A DNA stretch of 64,000 bases from a virus (Duplodnaviria > Caudoviricetes), in the IMG/VR virus record IMGVR_UViG_3300033076_001485, positions 59,470-123,469 of that record, one strand, 5' to 3'. Below are positions 31,915-42,250 of the stretch, piece by piece (within the stretch, counting starts at the first letter, position 1; every line of letters begins with the position of its first letter). Made by a program: the position numbers and the translations under genes. A model generated the notes under the pieces. The model saw nothing but the letters and a program-made list of their open reading frames with translations. It had not been told where the DNA came from and did not search any database.

Positions 31915-32210
31915 TGGCAAGAAGTAGATACACATTTGTGAGTCGTTTTAATGATGGGCAAGGTATTGGCGCATGGCCAGGAAGCACATCGTTGTTCAAT
32001 GCTGTGTTATCTGGCGTGCTTGAGGCAGATACAATTGTATTGACTCAAGGCCAGCGTCTCGACCATCTTGCGGGTCAGTATTACGGTAACGGAAGTTATT
32101 GGTGGGTCATCGCCGCAGCAAGCGGAATTGGATGGGCACTACAGTGTCCAGCAGGAACTGTTATTAAGATTCCAAAAAATTTAGATGCTGCATTAAGCAT
32201 AGGACGATAA
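31914..32210 (+). CDS. Baseplate wedge protein, LysM-like (gp53 / P2 gpX-like)
   Basis: RLDHLAGQYYGNGSYWWVIAAASGI...GTVIKIP. Confidence 0.8.
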   Translation: MARSRYTFVSRFNDGQGIGAWPGSTSLFNAVLSGVLEADTIVLTQGQRLDHLAGQYYGNGSYWWVIAAASGIGWALQCPAGTVIKIPKNLDAALSIGR

Positions 32211-32211
32211 A

Positions 32212-35200
32212 ATGGCAGTTCCACCAGATCTAAAGAATTCTAACTTTACACCCACATCTGAATTGCAAGACGCTTATTTGTCTTTGAGGCAATTCTTAAC
32301 TTTAAGAACTAATGAAGAAATATTTTTATTATCAAACAATTCTGATTCTATTAAAACTCAAGTAGATGATACTCAAAATGGAAAATCACTTGCGATGTCG
32401 ACAATTATGTCACCCGATGGTGCTTTTTTAAGTAAAGATATGCCTAAGATTTTACAGGAATTAGGTTTAAAACCTGACGGTATTTCCGGACAGATGAGTA
32501 CAGACGTTGGAGATATTAATGTCTTTGGCGCAACTGACACAGAGTACGGACCTAACTTGTTTAAAGTTTTTGAAATCAACCCAGCAGCATTTGATGTTTC
32601 TAATCTTGTTGCTAGAGACCAGAAGTTGTCATATCAAAGTGAGATTAGTAAACAAATAGTTGCCCTTAACGAGAAAGCCAAGCCAATTAGAGAAGAACGA
32701 GATAAGCTCGAGGAAAAGAAAGAAGAAGACAGAACACAAGAAGACAAAGATAGAATTGATGAATTAAACACGCAGATAGGAAAAATTAACGATCAAAGAT
32801 CTAAACTTGTTCAAGAATCAGGTAAAGCATTTGAGGATGCCGCTAGATTTACCGGAGAGCGGCAAAGATCTGTCATTAGGAATGATAAACAAGACTTAGT
32901 TTCTCTTTATAGACATAAATCAAAATATCTAGATCCAGCATCGGCATCCTCAGATTATTGTAATGTTTTTTTTAACGCAATTGATAGCATTAATCTGTCT
33001 TTATGCGTTCCTTATTTTAGAATGAACATTATTGACCGTTTTGCAAAGAAGAAAGGCAGGCTTTCTAAGCTTTCTCTTTCATCATTTTTAAATCAAAGTG
33101 CCGGTGTAACAGAAGATAAGATCTTTTATGAAGCAATGCCTTTTACATCAAACGAATCTACTAGGATAGCAAAAAAATTAAAAAGTGGCAAAGTTGTGAG
33201 CATGGAATCATTTTTTGCACCACAAACATTGCTTCCTGATCCTACAGAAATTCTTTCCAATCCACGAAGACTTGACACCTCAGTTCCACTTTTATCATTA
33301 AATAGTTTTAGCATAGGAATAGAAACAGTCGGCATTGCGCTTATGTCAAAAAAGACCGCTGATTTGTCAATTACATTGCATGATAGATCAAGATTATCAG
33401 ATATCTCTCCTCTCGTCTCAGTGGGAAATTTTTCATCATTATATTTTGAAATTGAATGGGGCTGGATACATCCGCATGGAGATGCTAAGTCTGACAATGC
33501 AGTTGCTCGATTCTTAAATAATTTACGATACAAAGAGATATTTTCACCTGTTTCTTATAACATGACCATGGGTGAAAATGGATCTATGAATATCAATATA
33601 AGATTAATTGGGGGCACATCGATTGATGCAGTCAATGGCTCAATCTTAAACGGTGGATTTTTAACAAGAGCATATGCATCACAGATGCTTGATCGGTTGA
33701 TAAAATCTGAAATACGAGATGAGCAAGGAGAAGAGGCGGCTACAGAAGAAATTAGAGCTGTAACTAAAGTTCTTATTGATCAGTCAAGGACAGCAGACAT
33801 GATTGATCGATCTTTTGCTGATAGAATCTTTCGATATGTTGATAACGTTGATAGATCAAGTGTCGAACGAGCACGCTTAATCGAAGATTTAGTGCAAATC
33901 TTGAAAGAAGTTGATTATTATAAAAATGAAGAAATATTTAACATTCTTAAAAAGAATTTGCCTAAAATTGAAAAATTTGCGCCTGCAGCCGATAATTTTC
34001 AAAAAATTAAGAAAAAATATGGAGATTTGATCAAATCAGAAGATTTTACATCTGTTGGCGGCTACCTTGCACTACTTGTCGGTATGCCTCTTGCAGCAAC
34101 TGGTCTTTATTCAGAAGTTCAAATACATACATTTAAATTTAATCATGAAGCGGGTGCAATGGCAGACACCCAAATCAGCGATGCACCCATTAGAATACAA
34201 GATGTTTTTAAACATCCAGACCAGCCAGGATCATTGTCAAAAAACACAAGTGTATCAAATGCATTGGCACTATTAGGAAATTATCTTAGCAACCCAAAGC
34301 AACCGCTTTACGAGATTGCAAGTGAAAATGTATTTAACCAGATCAAAGTTGGTGATAGCACAAAAGAGAGCAAAGACCCAGTCAGTGCTGTAGATGAAAA
34401 TGCTGTTTCTGCTGCAGAAACTTTTGAGAAACCAGAAGGCTTTACGACACCAAATATCAGATACATAGTCAGAAGCGTACCTGCTAAAGAGTATTATGAT
34501 GATCAGGCGGGAGGCAGCACCAATACGCAGTCTATCGCAAATTATGTAATTAATTCAGAAAAGTCAGTAGCACAAATCATAATTTATGATGCAAATTCAT
34601 CACCAAATTTTGACAAGATTATTGGTGCTTATTCTTACTCAAAATTAAAGGGTAAAGACGGTAAAAAGATCACACCAGATTTTGCTAAAGAAATTTTTAA
34701 AAAATCTTTTCCATCCATAATTTATGGTGCAGCTAATTCTGTCTTAAAATCTGTCAATGTTTCAACAGATATTAATAATACTATTGCACTGCAAAATATC
34801 ATAGATATGGGCAAGGACATTTATTTAGCGCGTAGTAAGTCTGATTCGTCAACTGATGTCGGTGAAATCTCTCTTTTCCCAGGATCAGTAACTGTAAACA
34901 TGGTTGGATTGCCCATTATAGAGCGAGGTCAAGAAGTCTACCTTGATCTTGGCACAGGCACAACACTCGATGCACTTTATTATGTCACATCGGTTAAGCA
35001 TGACTTCCGACCGGGAGATTACACAACAAGTCTTACATTGACCTACAAGGGCCAGGGTTCTGTGATGAGTTTGACAACCATGCTCAAGCAGTTCAATAAT
35101 ACGCAGCCAAAAGACCAGAAAGCAGAAATTGTAGAGAAGCCCAAGGAATCTGCACCAACAAAAACAACCGAAAAGGCACAAGCACAAGAATCAGATTCAC

Positions 35201-35331
35201 AGAAAAATCTTCTAAGAAAGATAGATGCAGAACAAGCATCACGCCAAGCAGAATTCTCCAATAAACTAGAAGCAGAAAATGATGCTGCTCGTGCGCAAGC
35301 ATACGCCAGGTCTTTAAAAAGATCTCCATAA
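32212..35331 (+). CDS. Large baseplate hub-like structural protein
   Basis: IEWGW, C-terminal MVGLP...GQ.VYLD...LY.VTSVKHDF..G.YTT.L (hub / late-control-D-like); follows the LysM-like gene. Confidence 0.58.
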   Translation: MAVPPDLKNSNFTPTSELQDAYLSLRQFLTLRTNEEIFLLSNNSDSIKTQVDDTQNGKSLAMSTIMSPDGAFLSKDMPKILQELGLKPDGISGQMSTDVGDINVFGATDTEYGPNLFKVFEINPAAFDVSNLVARDQKLSYQSEISKQIVALNEKAKPIREERDKLEEKKEEDRTQEDKDRIDELNTQIGKINDQRSKLVQESGKAFEDAARFTGERQRSVIRNDKQDLVSLYRHKSKYLDPASASSDYCNVFFNAIDSINLSLCVPYFRMNIIDRFAKKKGRLSKLSLSSFLNQSAGVTEDKIFYEAMPFTSNESTRIAKKLKSGKVVSMESFFAPQTLLPDPTEILSNPRRLDTSVPLLSLNSFSIGIETVGIALMSKKTADLSITLHDRSRLSDISPLVSVGNFSSLYFEIEWGWIHPHGDAKSDNAVARFLNNLRYKEIFSPVSYNMTMGENGSMNINIRLIGGTSIDAVNGSILNGGFLTRAYASQMLDRLIKSEIRDEQGEEAATEEIRAVTKVLIDQSRTADMIDRSFADRIFRYVDNVDRSSVERARLIEDLVQILKEVDYYKNEEIFNILKKNLPKIEKFAPAADNFQKIKKKYGDLIKSEDFTSVGGYLALLVGMPLAATGLYSEVQIHTFKFNHEAGAMADTQISDAPIRIQDVFKHPDQPGSLSKNTSVSNALALLGNYLSNPKQPLYEIASENVFNQIKVGDSTKESKDPVSAVDENAVSAAETFEKPEGFTTPNIRYIVRSVPAKEYYDDQAGGSTNTQSIANYVINSEKSVAQIIIYDANSSPNFDKIIGAYSYSKLKGKDGKKITPDFAKEIFKKSFPSIIYGAANSVLKSVNVSTDINNTIALQNIIDMGKDIYLARSKSDSSTDVGEISLFPGSVTVNMVGLPIIERGQEVYLDLGTGTTLDALYYVTSVKHDFRPGDYTTSLTLTYKGQGSVMSLTTMLKQFNNTQPKDQKAEIVEKPKESAPTKTTEKAQAQESDSQKNLLRKIDAEQASRQAEFSNKLEAENDAARAQAYARSLKRSP

Positions 35332-35392
35332 AGATAGCATTTTCTTATTTAACAATATTGTTCAATTGTTTTGTGCATGGTAAGTTTTAACC

Positions 35393-36574
35393 ATGCACAA
35401 AAATGATGTGGTTGTTATCGACAGGAAATATCTTGGAACAGCTAGCAACCTCCAGGTGAAAAAAGATTGCATTTCCTTTTGTGATGACCAAGACACAAGT
35501 GACAAGTGGGTGTGGTCTCTTGACAACACATTTAATAGCTTGCGTCATATTGAACTTGTGACTGGATTCAAGGTTGGGTCACAACCTCCCAAAGCACACG
35601 ATGCAGCATGGACAGCACTAGGTGTATCACCTCCATGGGCGCAGGCATTGCCACCGCATGTCTTCAAAACATGGCTACAGAAATTTACCAGAGAGCTTCT
35701 GGATCTCCGAGACCAATGGGCTGACAGTTACTATGGCAATGAATTTCAAGTTCAACAGAGATTACTGCAGAAATTGCAGCAGCCTTTTGTTGATGTGTCT
35801 GTCATTAAACGGATTGATGACGATCGAATTAGAGCATTTGAGCCCGATCGCAACGGGCTTGCTCCTAAGTCAACATACGATATTTGGTCATCAGTAACAG
35901 GTCGAATGTCGATCGAAACTGGACCCAATATTTTGACGTTGGACAAGAAGTATCGAAGCATCTTTAAAAGTAGATTTCCTGACGGTGAGATTATCCAAAT
36001 TGACTTCTCGTCGCTTGAGCCTAATACTTTCTTAGCAATGCAGGGAAAGCAATTCACTAGTGATGCGTATTCTTGGGTTGCATCGCAGATTGATGTTAGT
36101 GTTCCTCGCGATGTTCTAAAAGTTGCTGTCATGTCGGCGCTTTATGGAATGTCACCGTCCAATTTTGCCAAGAAATTTTCTGATATTCCTGACGCAAATG
36201 ATCTTCTATTTCAAGTTCGTGATGCTTTCGGCGTCGACAAGATGAATAAACACTATCGCGAGCAGCTAGACGCAGAAGGACATATCACGAATCACTATGG
36301 GCGAATTATCAAGTGTGATAAATCATCACCACTTGTAGCACATGCAGTTCAATCAACTGCTGTAGATGTTGTCTGCCAAGGATTTACAACACTTCTTGAT
36401 GAGTTTGCAGAAGACAAACTTGATATAGTTCCGCTTTATTTGATTCATGACGCGCTGATGATCGATGTCACACCACACGCTAAACTGCACTTGCAAGAAC
36501 GCCTAAAAAACGGCGTGCATATTGCTTCGCTTGGTTGTACAATGCCCCTCAAATTGAAGACAATTGATGCATGA
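35393..36574 (+). CDS. Family A DNA polymerase domain protein without recognisable exonuclease domains
   Basis: TGRMS, PNI, motif A IDFSSLEP, motif B R..LK..VMSALYGMS, VQSTAVD, motif C LIHDAL. Confidence 0.85.
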   Translation: MHKNDVVVIDRKYLGTASNLQVKKDCISFCDDQDTSDKWVWSLDNTFNSLRHIELVTGFKVGSQPPKAHDAAWTALGVSPPWAQALPPHVFKTWLQKFTRELLDLRDQWADSYYGNEFQVQQRLLQKLQQPFVDVSVIKRIDDDRIRAFEPDRNGLAPKSTYDIWSSVTGRMSIETGPNILTLDKKYRSIFKSRFPDGEIIQIDFSSLEPNTFLAMQGKQFTSDAYSWVASQIDVSVPRDVLKVAVMSALYGMSPSNFAKKFSDIPDANDLLFQVRDAFGVDKMNKHYREQLDAEGHITNHYGRIIKCDKSSPLVAHAVQSTAVDVVCQGFTTLLDEFAEDKLDIVPLYLIHDALMIDVTPHAKLHLQERLKNGVHIASLGCTMPLKLKTIDA

Positions 36575-37158
36575 GCACCGACAACCTAGAAAGCAACTAT
36601 AATATTTTTGTCAAACTCACACAAAAGTGTGGCGATCGTAGCGAGGCACTTATGCGCCTCGTCGAGCAGCTTGGTGAGCGCCTGGCAATTTGCCCTGCGC
36701 ACGACAGACGTGAAAGATCAACTGCGAAACCTGGCGGCCTAATTGAGCACAGTCTCAATGTGGTCAAGACAATGCGTGCAATTGAATCATCAGTCGGGTT
36801 TGGAGTCAATCCTGAAAGCATGATTCTTGTAGGTCTCTATCACGATATCGGTAAGGTGGGTGATCTTACGACAGATTACTATCTCGAGCAGACATCAGAC
36901 TGGCATCGCGATAAAGCAGGCATTCTCTACACATACAATCCTGAGATGCCTAAAATGCCACATGCACATAGATCTCTTGCACTTCTGCAATCTGCGGGTG
37001 TTGTGCTCTCTACCGAAGAGTGGATCGCAATCGCATCAGCACAAGGACCATCTCTTGATGAGAATAAGTTTTATATCGGAGGAGAGACCCCGCTCACTCT
37101 ACTAACTCAAACTGCAATTCGGATAATCTCGCAAAAAGAGAAGGTAGGAGATACTTAG
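36571..37158 (+). CDS. HD-domain phosphohydrolase (YhaM-like)
   Basis: GGLIEHSLNV...GLYHDIGK; ATGA overlap with the polymerase gene. Confidence 0.8.
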   Translation: MSTDNLESNYNIFVKLTQKCGDRSEALMRLVEQLGERLAICPAHDRRERSTAKPGGLIEHSLNVVKTMRAIESSVGFGVNPESMILVGLYHDIGKVGDLTTDYYLEQTSDWHRDKAGILYTYNPEMPKMPHAHRSLALLQSAGVVLSTEEWIAIASAQGPSLDENKFYIGGETPLTLLTQTAIRIISQKEKVGDT

Positions 37159-37163
37159 TACTT

Positions 37164-37715
37164 GTGAGCAAGTCGCAAGAATCTAAATCAGGTTGGTATT
37201 CCGGTCGCACAACGGGCGTTCCCGTCGCTGGTGCTATCGGAGGCGGGGACGATTTCGCGCAGAGAATAGCCAAGCCATATGTACCAGGGCGGCCCTCACA
37301 GGGTGGTATGAGCACGAGTGCTGATACCACCTTTTCGATTTCGATGGGAAGGTCAGTGCCAGATCCACAGGAAGATGGAATGGACAGCTTTAACATCGAC
37401 GACCTCAAGACTAGCAAGCTCCCCGGCCCTAGAAAACTTCCAAGATGGCTTAAGCTAAATAAGAAGCAGTACTTTCAGCGCCCATTAAGTGAGATGCTTA
37501 GTAATGATGAAGATGATATGATTTCTGATCATGAAGAGCTTGAAGCAGATCTTGAGGAATTTTCAGGAGCGGGAGCCGTCGCGGGCTACGTCGAGCCACT
37601 CCACGGTCCGGGCGGCCCCGCTCAATCACGTCGTAAATTCTACGATCGTATGGCTAAACCTTATGGCGCAAAATATTTGCAGGATCCACTGAAAACAGCA
37701 AAAGGTCGCCCATAA
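37164..37715 (+). CDS. Hypothetical protein
   Basis: 183-aa ORF; GTG start 6 nt after a GATACTTA motif; EEFSGAGAVAGY segment. Confidence 0.6.
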   Translation: MSKSQESKSGWYSGRTTGVPVAGAIGGGDDFAQRIAKPYVPGRPSQGGMSTSADTTFSISMGRSVPDPQEDGMDSFNIDDLKTSKLPGPRKLPRWLKLNKKQYFQRPLSEMLSNDEDDMISDHEELEADLEEFSGAGAVAGYVEPLHGPGGPAQSRRKFYDRMAKPYGAKYLQDPLKTAKGRP

Positions 37716-37825
37716 TTATAAAATGAAGCGTTGGATCGTATGATACCTTCGCTTCCCTTCTAAGCTTAAGAATACTCTTTCACCTAGAAGTTAAGCATTA
37801 ACTATTAAACATTAAGGACATCGCT

Positions 37826-38656
37826 ATGAGTATCAACTTCGACGCACTACGCAAGCGTCTCGACAATCTGTCTGGCAACAACAAGAAGAGCTCTTCCTCC
37901 TGGAAGCCCAAGGAGGGCGAGGAGTACACGATCCGCCTCCTCTCGTTCCCCAACAATGAGGGCCAGCCCTTCAAGGAGCTCTGGTTCTATTACAATATCG
38001 GCAACAATCCCGGCCTTCTTGCTCCTTACCAGTTTGGCAAGGCAGATCCCATCCAGGACCTGATCAACAAGCTCCGCGATGAGGGTACCAAGGAGTCCTA
38101 CGAGCTCGCGAAGAAGCTCTACCCAAAGATGCGTTGCTACGCTCCAGTCGTCGTCCGCGGCGAGGAGGACAAGGGTGTCCAGATCTGGGCGTTCGGCAAG
38201 CAGGTTTACCAGTCACTTCTGGCCATCATGCTTGATGAGGACTACGGCGACATCACTGATCCTGAGAGCGGTCGAGATGTGAAGGTTCGTTGCTTCAAGC
38301 CCAATGGCAAGAAGTACACTGAGACCGAGGTTATGCCTCGTGGTAAGTCTTCTTCTCTTACTACTAATGCAGCAACTGCTAAGCAGTGGACCAGCAACAT
38401 TCCAGATGTCTCCAAGATGTTTGATCTGAAGTCTACCGACGAGCTCACAAAGATCGTTAATGACTGGATTAACGGTGGCATGCAGGACGGCGACGGAACC
38501 TCCCGCGGCGGTCCAGCCGTTGCAGATGATGATGACACCGCCACGACCACAACAGCTCAGAAGACTGTAGCAATGTCTGGCACAGCAAGTGGCACAAAGA
38601 AGAGCGGCAATTACTCTTCGATTGATGACGCGTTTGAAGATCTAATGGGCGACTGA
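37826..38656 (+). CDS. Single-stranded DNA-binding protein (T4 gp32-like)
   Basis: WKP....Y.IRLL, Y.PVVVRGEE..GV.IW.FGK.VY, DYGDITDP..GRD; acidic tail DDAFEDLMGD. Confidence 0.88.
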   Translation: MSINFDALRKRLDNLSGNNKKSSSSWKPKEGEEYTIRLLSFPNNEGQPFKELWFYYNIGNNPGLLAPYQFGKADPIQDLINKLRDEGTKESYELAKKLYPKMRCYAPVVVRGEEDKGVQIWAFGKQVYQSLLAIMLDEDYGDITDPESGRDVKVRCFKPNGKKYTETEVMPRGKSSSLTTNAATAKQWTSNIPDVSKMFDLKSTDELTKIVNDWINGGMQDGDGTSRGGPAVADDDDTATTTTAQKTVAMSGTASGTKKSGNYSSIDDAFEDLMGD

Positions 38657-38673
38657 TGGGTCAATAAGAACTA

Positions 38674-38711
38674 GGCGGGACGTGGGTTGTAATCTGGCTC
38701 ACGTCCTGTTA
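38674..38711 (+). terminator. Long hairpin after the SSB gene (possible terminator) overlapping the recA promoter
   Basis: GGCGGGACGTGGGTT ... GGCTCACGTCCTGTT inverted repeat with G-U pairs; U-tract is weak. Confidence 0.5.
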
Positions 38712-38731
38712 TAGTATTCACAGGAGAAAAC

Positions 38732-39886
38732 ATGGCAAGACCCCCTAAAGAAAAGAAGGCCGGTGACGAGCTCGGTGGAGATTTTACTGCTGAGCTTATT
38801 TCGTCGCTTAACAAAGAGAACGGTTCAAGAATTGCTTATAATCTAGCAGAAGATGAGTCACCCACTCATGTTAAAAGCTGGGTGTCGACAGGCTCTACGC
38901 TTCTTGACTACATCATTTCTAATCGTAAAAATGGCGGATTACCTGTCGGACGTATTATTGAGATTTTCGGCCCACCATCAATTGGTAAATCTCATATTGC
39001 CACGCAGATCGCACGTTCAACTCAACAGATGGGTGGAATTGCAGTCTATATTGACACTGAGAATGCAACATCTGTAGAAAATCTACAAGCATTGGGTGTT
39101 GATGTTACTAAACGATTTGTCTATGTCGATACGCACTGCACCGAAGATGTCTTTGACACGGCAGAGAAGACAATTCTAAAAGCGAAAGCAATGCAGAAAG
39201 ATGTTCCAATTACGATCATCTGGGACAGCGTTGCTGCATCTTCACCGAAAGCAGAGTTGCTAGGTGACTACGACAAGGAGACAATCGGTCTTCAAGCACG
39301 CGCGATCTCAAAGGGCATGCGTAAGATCACAGGCGTTATCGGCGACCAGAATGTGTTGATGATCTGCCTAAATCAGATTCGAACAAAGATCGGCGTTCTT
39401 CACGGTGATCCAACGACTGTGCCAGGAGGTATGGCAATTCCATTCCACGCATCAGTCCGTCTAAAACTTGGTGCAGGACAGCAGATCAAGAATAAGAATG
39501 ACGATGTCATCGGCATTAATGTTTCTGCAAAAACCATTAAGAATAAGGTCTCACCTCCCTTCCGAACTGCTAATTTCCAGATTCACTTTGGTAAAGGTAT
39601 TGTTGAGCATGAGGAGATCTTTGATGTTCTTCGAGATGCAGGTGAGCGCCAGATCGGTGACAATATCATCTGTGTATCAGGCACGACTGCATGGAAAGTT
39701 TTCACTGTAACTAATGTCGTAAGTGGAACAACACTCATTGAGAAAAAATTCCACAAATCAGACTTTGGTGATATGCTAAAAGATCCACAGTACAAGGCTT
39801 ATCTTGAGGATCTAATCGATGCTGTCATGGTGAGAACAAAGGATGATGCAGACCTTGTTGCAGCCGGCGACGAGGAAAATGAGTGA
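38732..39886 (+). CDS. recA: RecA/UvsX recombinase
   Basis: STGS..LD, GGLPVGRIIEIFGPPSIGKS, YIDTENA, IWDSVAA, LNQIR.KIG, KNKVSPPFR. Confidence 0.95.
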   Translation: MARPPKEKKAGDELGGDFTAELISSLNKENGSRIAYNLAEDESPTHVKSWVSTGSTLLDYIISNRKNGGLPVGRIIEIFGPPSIGKSHIATQIARSTQQMGGIAVYIDTENATSVENLQALGVDVTKRFVYVDTHCTEDVFDTAEKTILKAKAMQKDVPITIIWDSVAASSPKAELLGDYDKETIGLQARAISKGMRKITGVIGDQNVLMICLNQIRTKIGVLHGDPTTVPGGMAIPFHASVRLKLGAGQQIKNKNDDVIGINVSAKTIKNKVSPPFRTANFQIHFGKGIVEHEEIFDVLRDAGERQIGDNIICVSGTTAWKVFTVTNVVSGTTLIEKKFHKSDFGDMLKDPQYKAYLEDLIDAVMVRTKDDADLVAAGDEENE

Positions 39887-40850
39887 TCTGAGTAGATCGC
39901 AAACCGTGCTGCTGGTGGACGCGATGGGCCTTTACTTGAGGCACTTCGTCGCCCACCCAGCAATGGGTAAAGATGGGCAGCATGTTGGTGGAATTGTAGG
40001 ATTTTTGCTTGATCTAAAACGTATAGTTGAGAAATACAAGCCCAATCCTGTTTATGTCATTTGGGAAGGCGGTGGATCGCCTCGCCGGCGTGCAATCTAT
40101 AAAGACTACAAAAGTCATCGTAGGCCCGAACGTCTTAATCGATTTTATGAAAATGATATTCCTGCCACAGTAGCAGATCGTGACAATCAGATTAAAACGC
40201 TTGTTAAGCTACTAAAGCTGACACCCATCTGTCAGATTTATGTGCCCGATTGCGAAGCTGATGACGTGATCGGCTATATGTCACGTTATCATTTCAAAGA
40301 TGCACTGAAGATAATCCTATCAGCAGATAAAGATTACTATCAGCTAATATCTGAGGGGTCTATCATCTATTCACCCACATGGAAGAAACTGATACAAGAG
40401 CAAGAGGTCATCGAGCGTTTCGGTGTGCATCCTGTTAATTTTGCTCTAGCAAAAGCTGTATGTGGAGATGATTCAGATAATATTCCTGGTGTGGATGGCG
40501 TCGGATTTAAAACACTTGCTAAGCGCTTTCCTAATCTTGAAAATGATGAAGAAGTATCTTTAGAAGATCTTTTGACAGAAGCAAGGCAAAAGGTTGAATC
40601 AGGTTCTAAAGTTCAAGCTTACAAGAATATTGCAGATAATGAAGTTCTCATTCAACGCAACTTGTCACTTGTCTCACTAGATACAGCAAATTTGGCAGCT
40701 TACCAAATTGAGCGAATTAATGGCATCTGTGATAATTTTAAGCCTACACGCAATAAGATTGAGTTTATACGGGCCCTACTTCATGAGGGCATACAAACCT
40801 TCAACGTCGATCAATTTTTCCTAGCGTTGTCTCACATTCAAACGAGTTAA
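39879..40850 (+). CDS. 5'-3' exonuclease / flap endonuclease (T4 RNase H or Pol I N-terminal-like)
   Basis: LLVDAM, RR.IY.DYK..R, EADDVIG, SADKDYYQL, GDDSDNIPGVDGVGFKT. Confidence 0.93.
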   Translation: MSDLSRSQTVLLVDAMGLYLRHFVAHPAMGKDGQHVGGIVGFLLDLKRIVEKYKPNPVYVIWEGGGSPRRRAIYKDYKSHRRPERLNRFYENDIPATVADRDNQIKTLVKLLKLTPICQIYVPDCEADDVIGYMSRYHFKDALKIILSADKDYYQLISEGSIIYSPTWKKLIQEQEVIERFGVHPVNFALAKAVCGDDSDNIPGVDGVGFKTLAKRFPNLENDEEVSLEDLLTEARQKVESGSKVQAYKNIADNEVLIQRNLSLVSLDTANLAAYQIERINGICDNFKPTRNKIEFIRALLHEGIQTFNVDQFFLALSHIQTS

Positions 40851-40851
40851 C

Positions 40852-42219
40852 ATGCACGACCCGCATTTTAAGCAGTACGGCAAGCAGTTCCAAGAAAAGA
40901 TTTTTCAAGGATTGCTGACTGATAGATCATGGGCGACACAAATGATTGAAATCATGTCTCCCACTTTCTTTGAGCTCAAGTATCTCCAGTACTTGACACA
41001 GAGATACTTTGATTATTATCAGAAATATAAAGACTTTCCTACACTAAGCCTTCTGGTCACAATTATTCGTGATGACCTTAAAGAGGGTAAAGATGTAGTT
41101 CTGCGTGATCAAATTGTCGAATTCTTGCAGAGAATTCGTGTTAATCCTGACATGGGCGATGTCCAATATGTCAAAGATAAGACACTTGATTTCTGCAAGA
41201 AGCAGGCAATGAAAGAAGCACTTGAGAAAGCAGTTGAGATGATTGCAACTGATAATCTTGATTCTGTCATGGATCTCATGAAGAATGCACTTTCTGCCGG
41301 CACACCTGCAGCAATTGGTCATGACTTCTTTGAAGACACAGAAGCACGGTTCATTCGGACGCGACGTCTAACATGCCCAACAGGCTTACCGCAAATTGAT
41401 GCACAAGATGTCCTCAATGGTGGTCTAGGACGTGGAGAGCTAGGTGTGGTTATCGCACCAACAGGCGTCGGTAAGTCACACTTTCTTGTTCAAATGGGTG
41501 CGGAGGCATTGCGTGCCGGTAAAAATGTCGTTCACTATACCTTTGAGTTATCTGAAACAGCCGTTGGTCTACGTTATGACTCTAATCTCTGCGAAATCCC
41601 AAGCAGCGACGTCATCGACAGAAAAGAAGAAGTAATTGAGTTCTATAAGAATAATTCACTGGGACGCTTGATCATTAAGGAATATCCAACAGGAACACCT
41701 TCTGTTCAGACGCTTCGAAATCACATTGAGAAACTTCTGCTCAAGTCTTTCGTGCCAAGCGTCATTGTCATCGATTACGCAGACATTATGAAGTCTTCAC
41801 GTAAATTTGATTCACTTCGACATGAACTAAAGCTGGTTTACGAAGAGCTTCGAAACATGGCAATGGATCTCAATGTTCCAATCTGGACAGCGTCGCAGGC
41901 AAATCGTGATGCATCTAATTCAGAAATCGTTGGTCTTGAGAACATGTCTGAAGCATACGGCAAAGCAATGGTTGCTGACGTAGTTCTGTCGATCTCACGT
42001 AAACCTAACGAAAAAGCAACAGGTGCCGGACGAATCTTTGTTGCCAAGAATCGTGCAGGTCGTGACGGAATGCTTTACCCAATGCAGATTGACACTTCTA
42101 TGTCAAAATTTAGGCTCATGGACACAAATGAAATGTCTGTTGACGATGTTGTCAAAGCTGACGGTTCAAGCATGAAGAAGCTTCTCAAAGAGAAGTGGGA
42201 AGAGATTAACGGTAAATAA
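40852..42219 (+). CDS. Replicative DNA helicase (DnaB / T4 gp41 family)
   Basis: APTGVGKSH, FELSE, IIKEYPTG, VIDYADIM, WTASQANR, KNRAG. Confidence 0.93.
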   Translation: MHDPHFKQYGKQFQEKIFQGLLTDRSWATQMIEIMSPTFFELKYLQYLTQRYFDYYQKYKDFPTLSLLVTIIRDDLKEGKDVVLRDQIVEFLQRIRVNPDMGDVQYVKDKTLDFCKKQAMKEALEKAVEMIATDNLDSVMDLMKNALSAGTPAAIGHDFFEDTEARFIRTRRLTCPTGLPQIDAQDVLNGGLGRGELGVVIAPTGVGKSHFLVQMGAEALRAGKNVVHYTFELSETAVGLRYDSNLCEIPSSDVIDRKEEVIEFYKNNSLGRLIIKEYPTGTPSVQTLRNHIEKLLLKSFVPSVIVIDYADIMKSSRKFDSLRHELKLVYEELRNMAMDLNVPIWTASQANRDASNSEIVGLENMSEAYGKAMVADVVLSISRKPNEKATGAGRIFVAKNRAGRDGMLYPMQIDTSMSKFRLMDTNEMSVDDVVKADGSSMKKLLKEKWEEINGK

Positions 42220-42250
42220 ATGCGAGTTATTGTAAGAGAGGAGTCTTATT

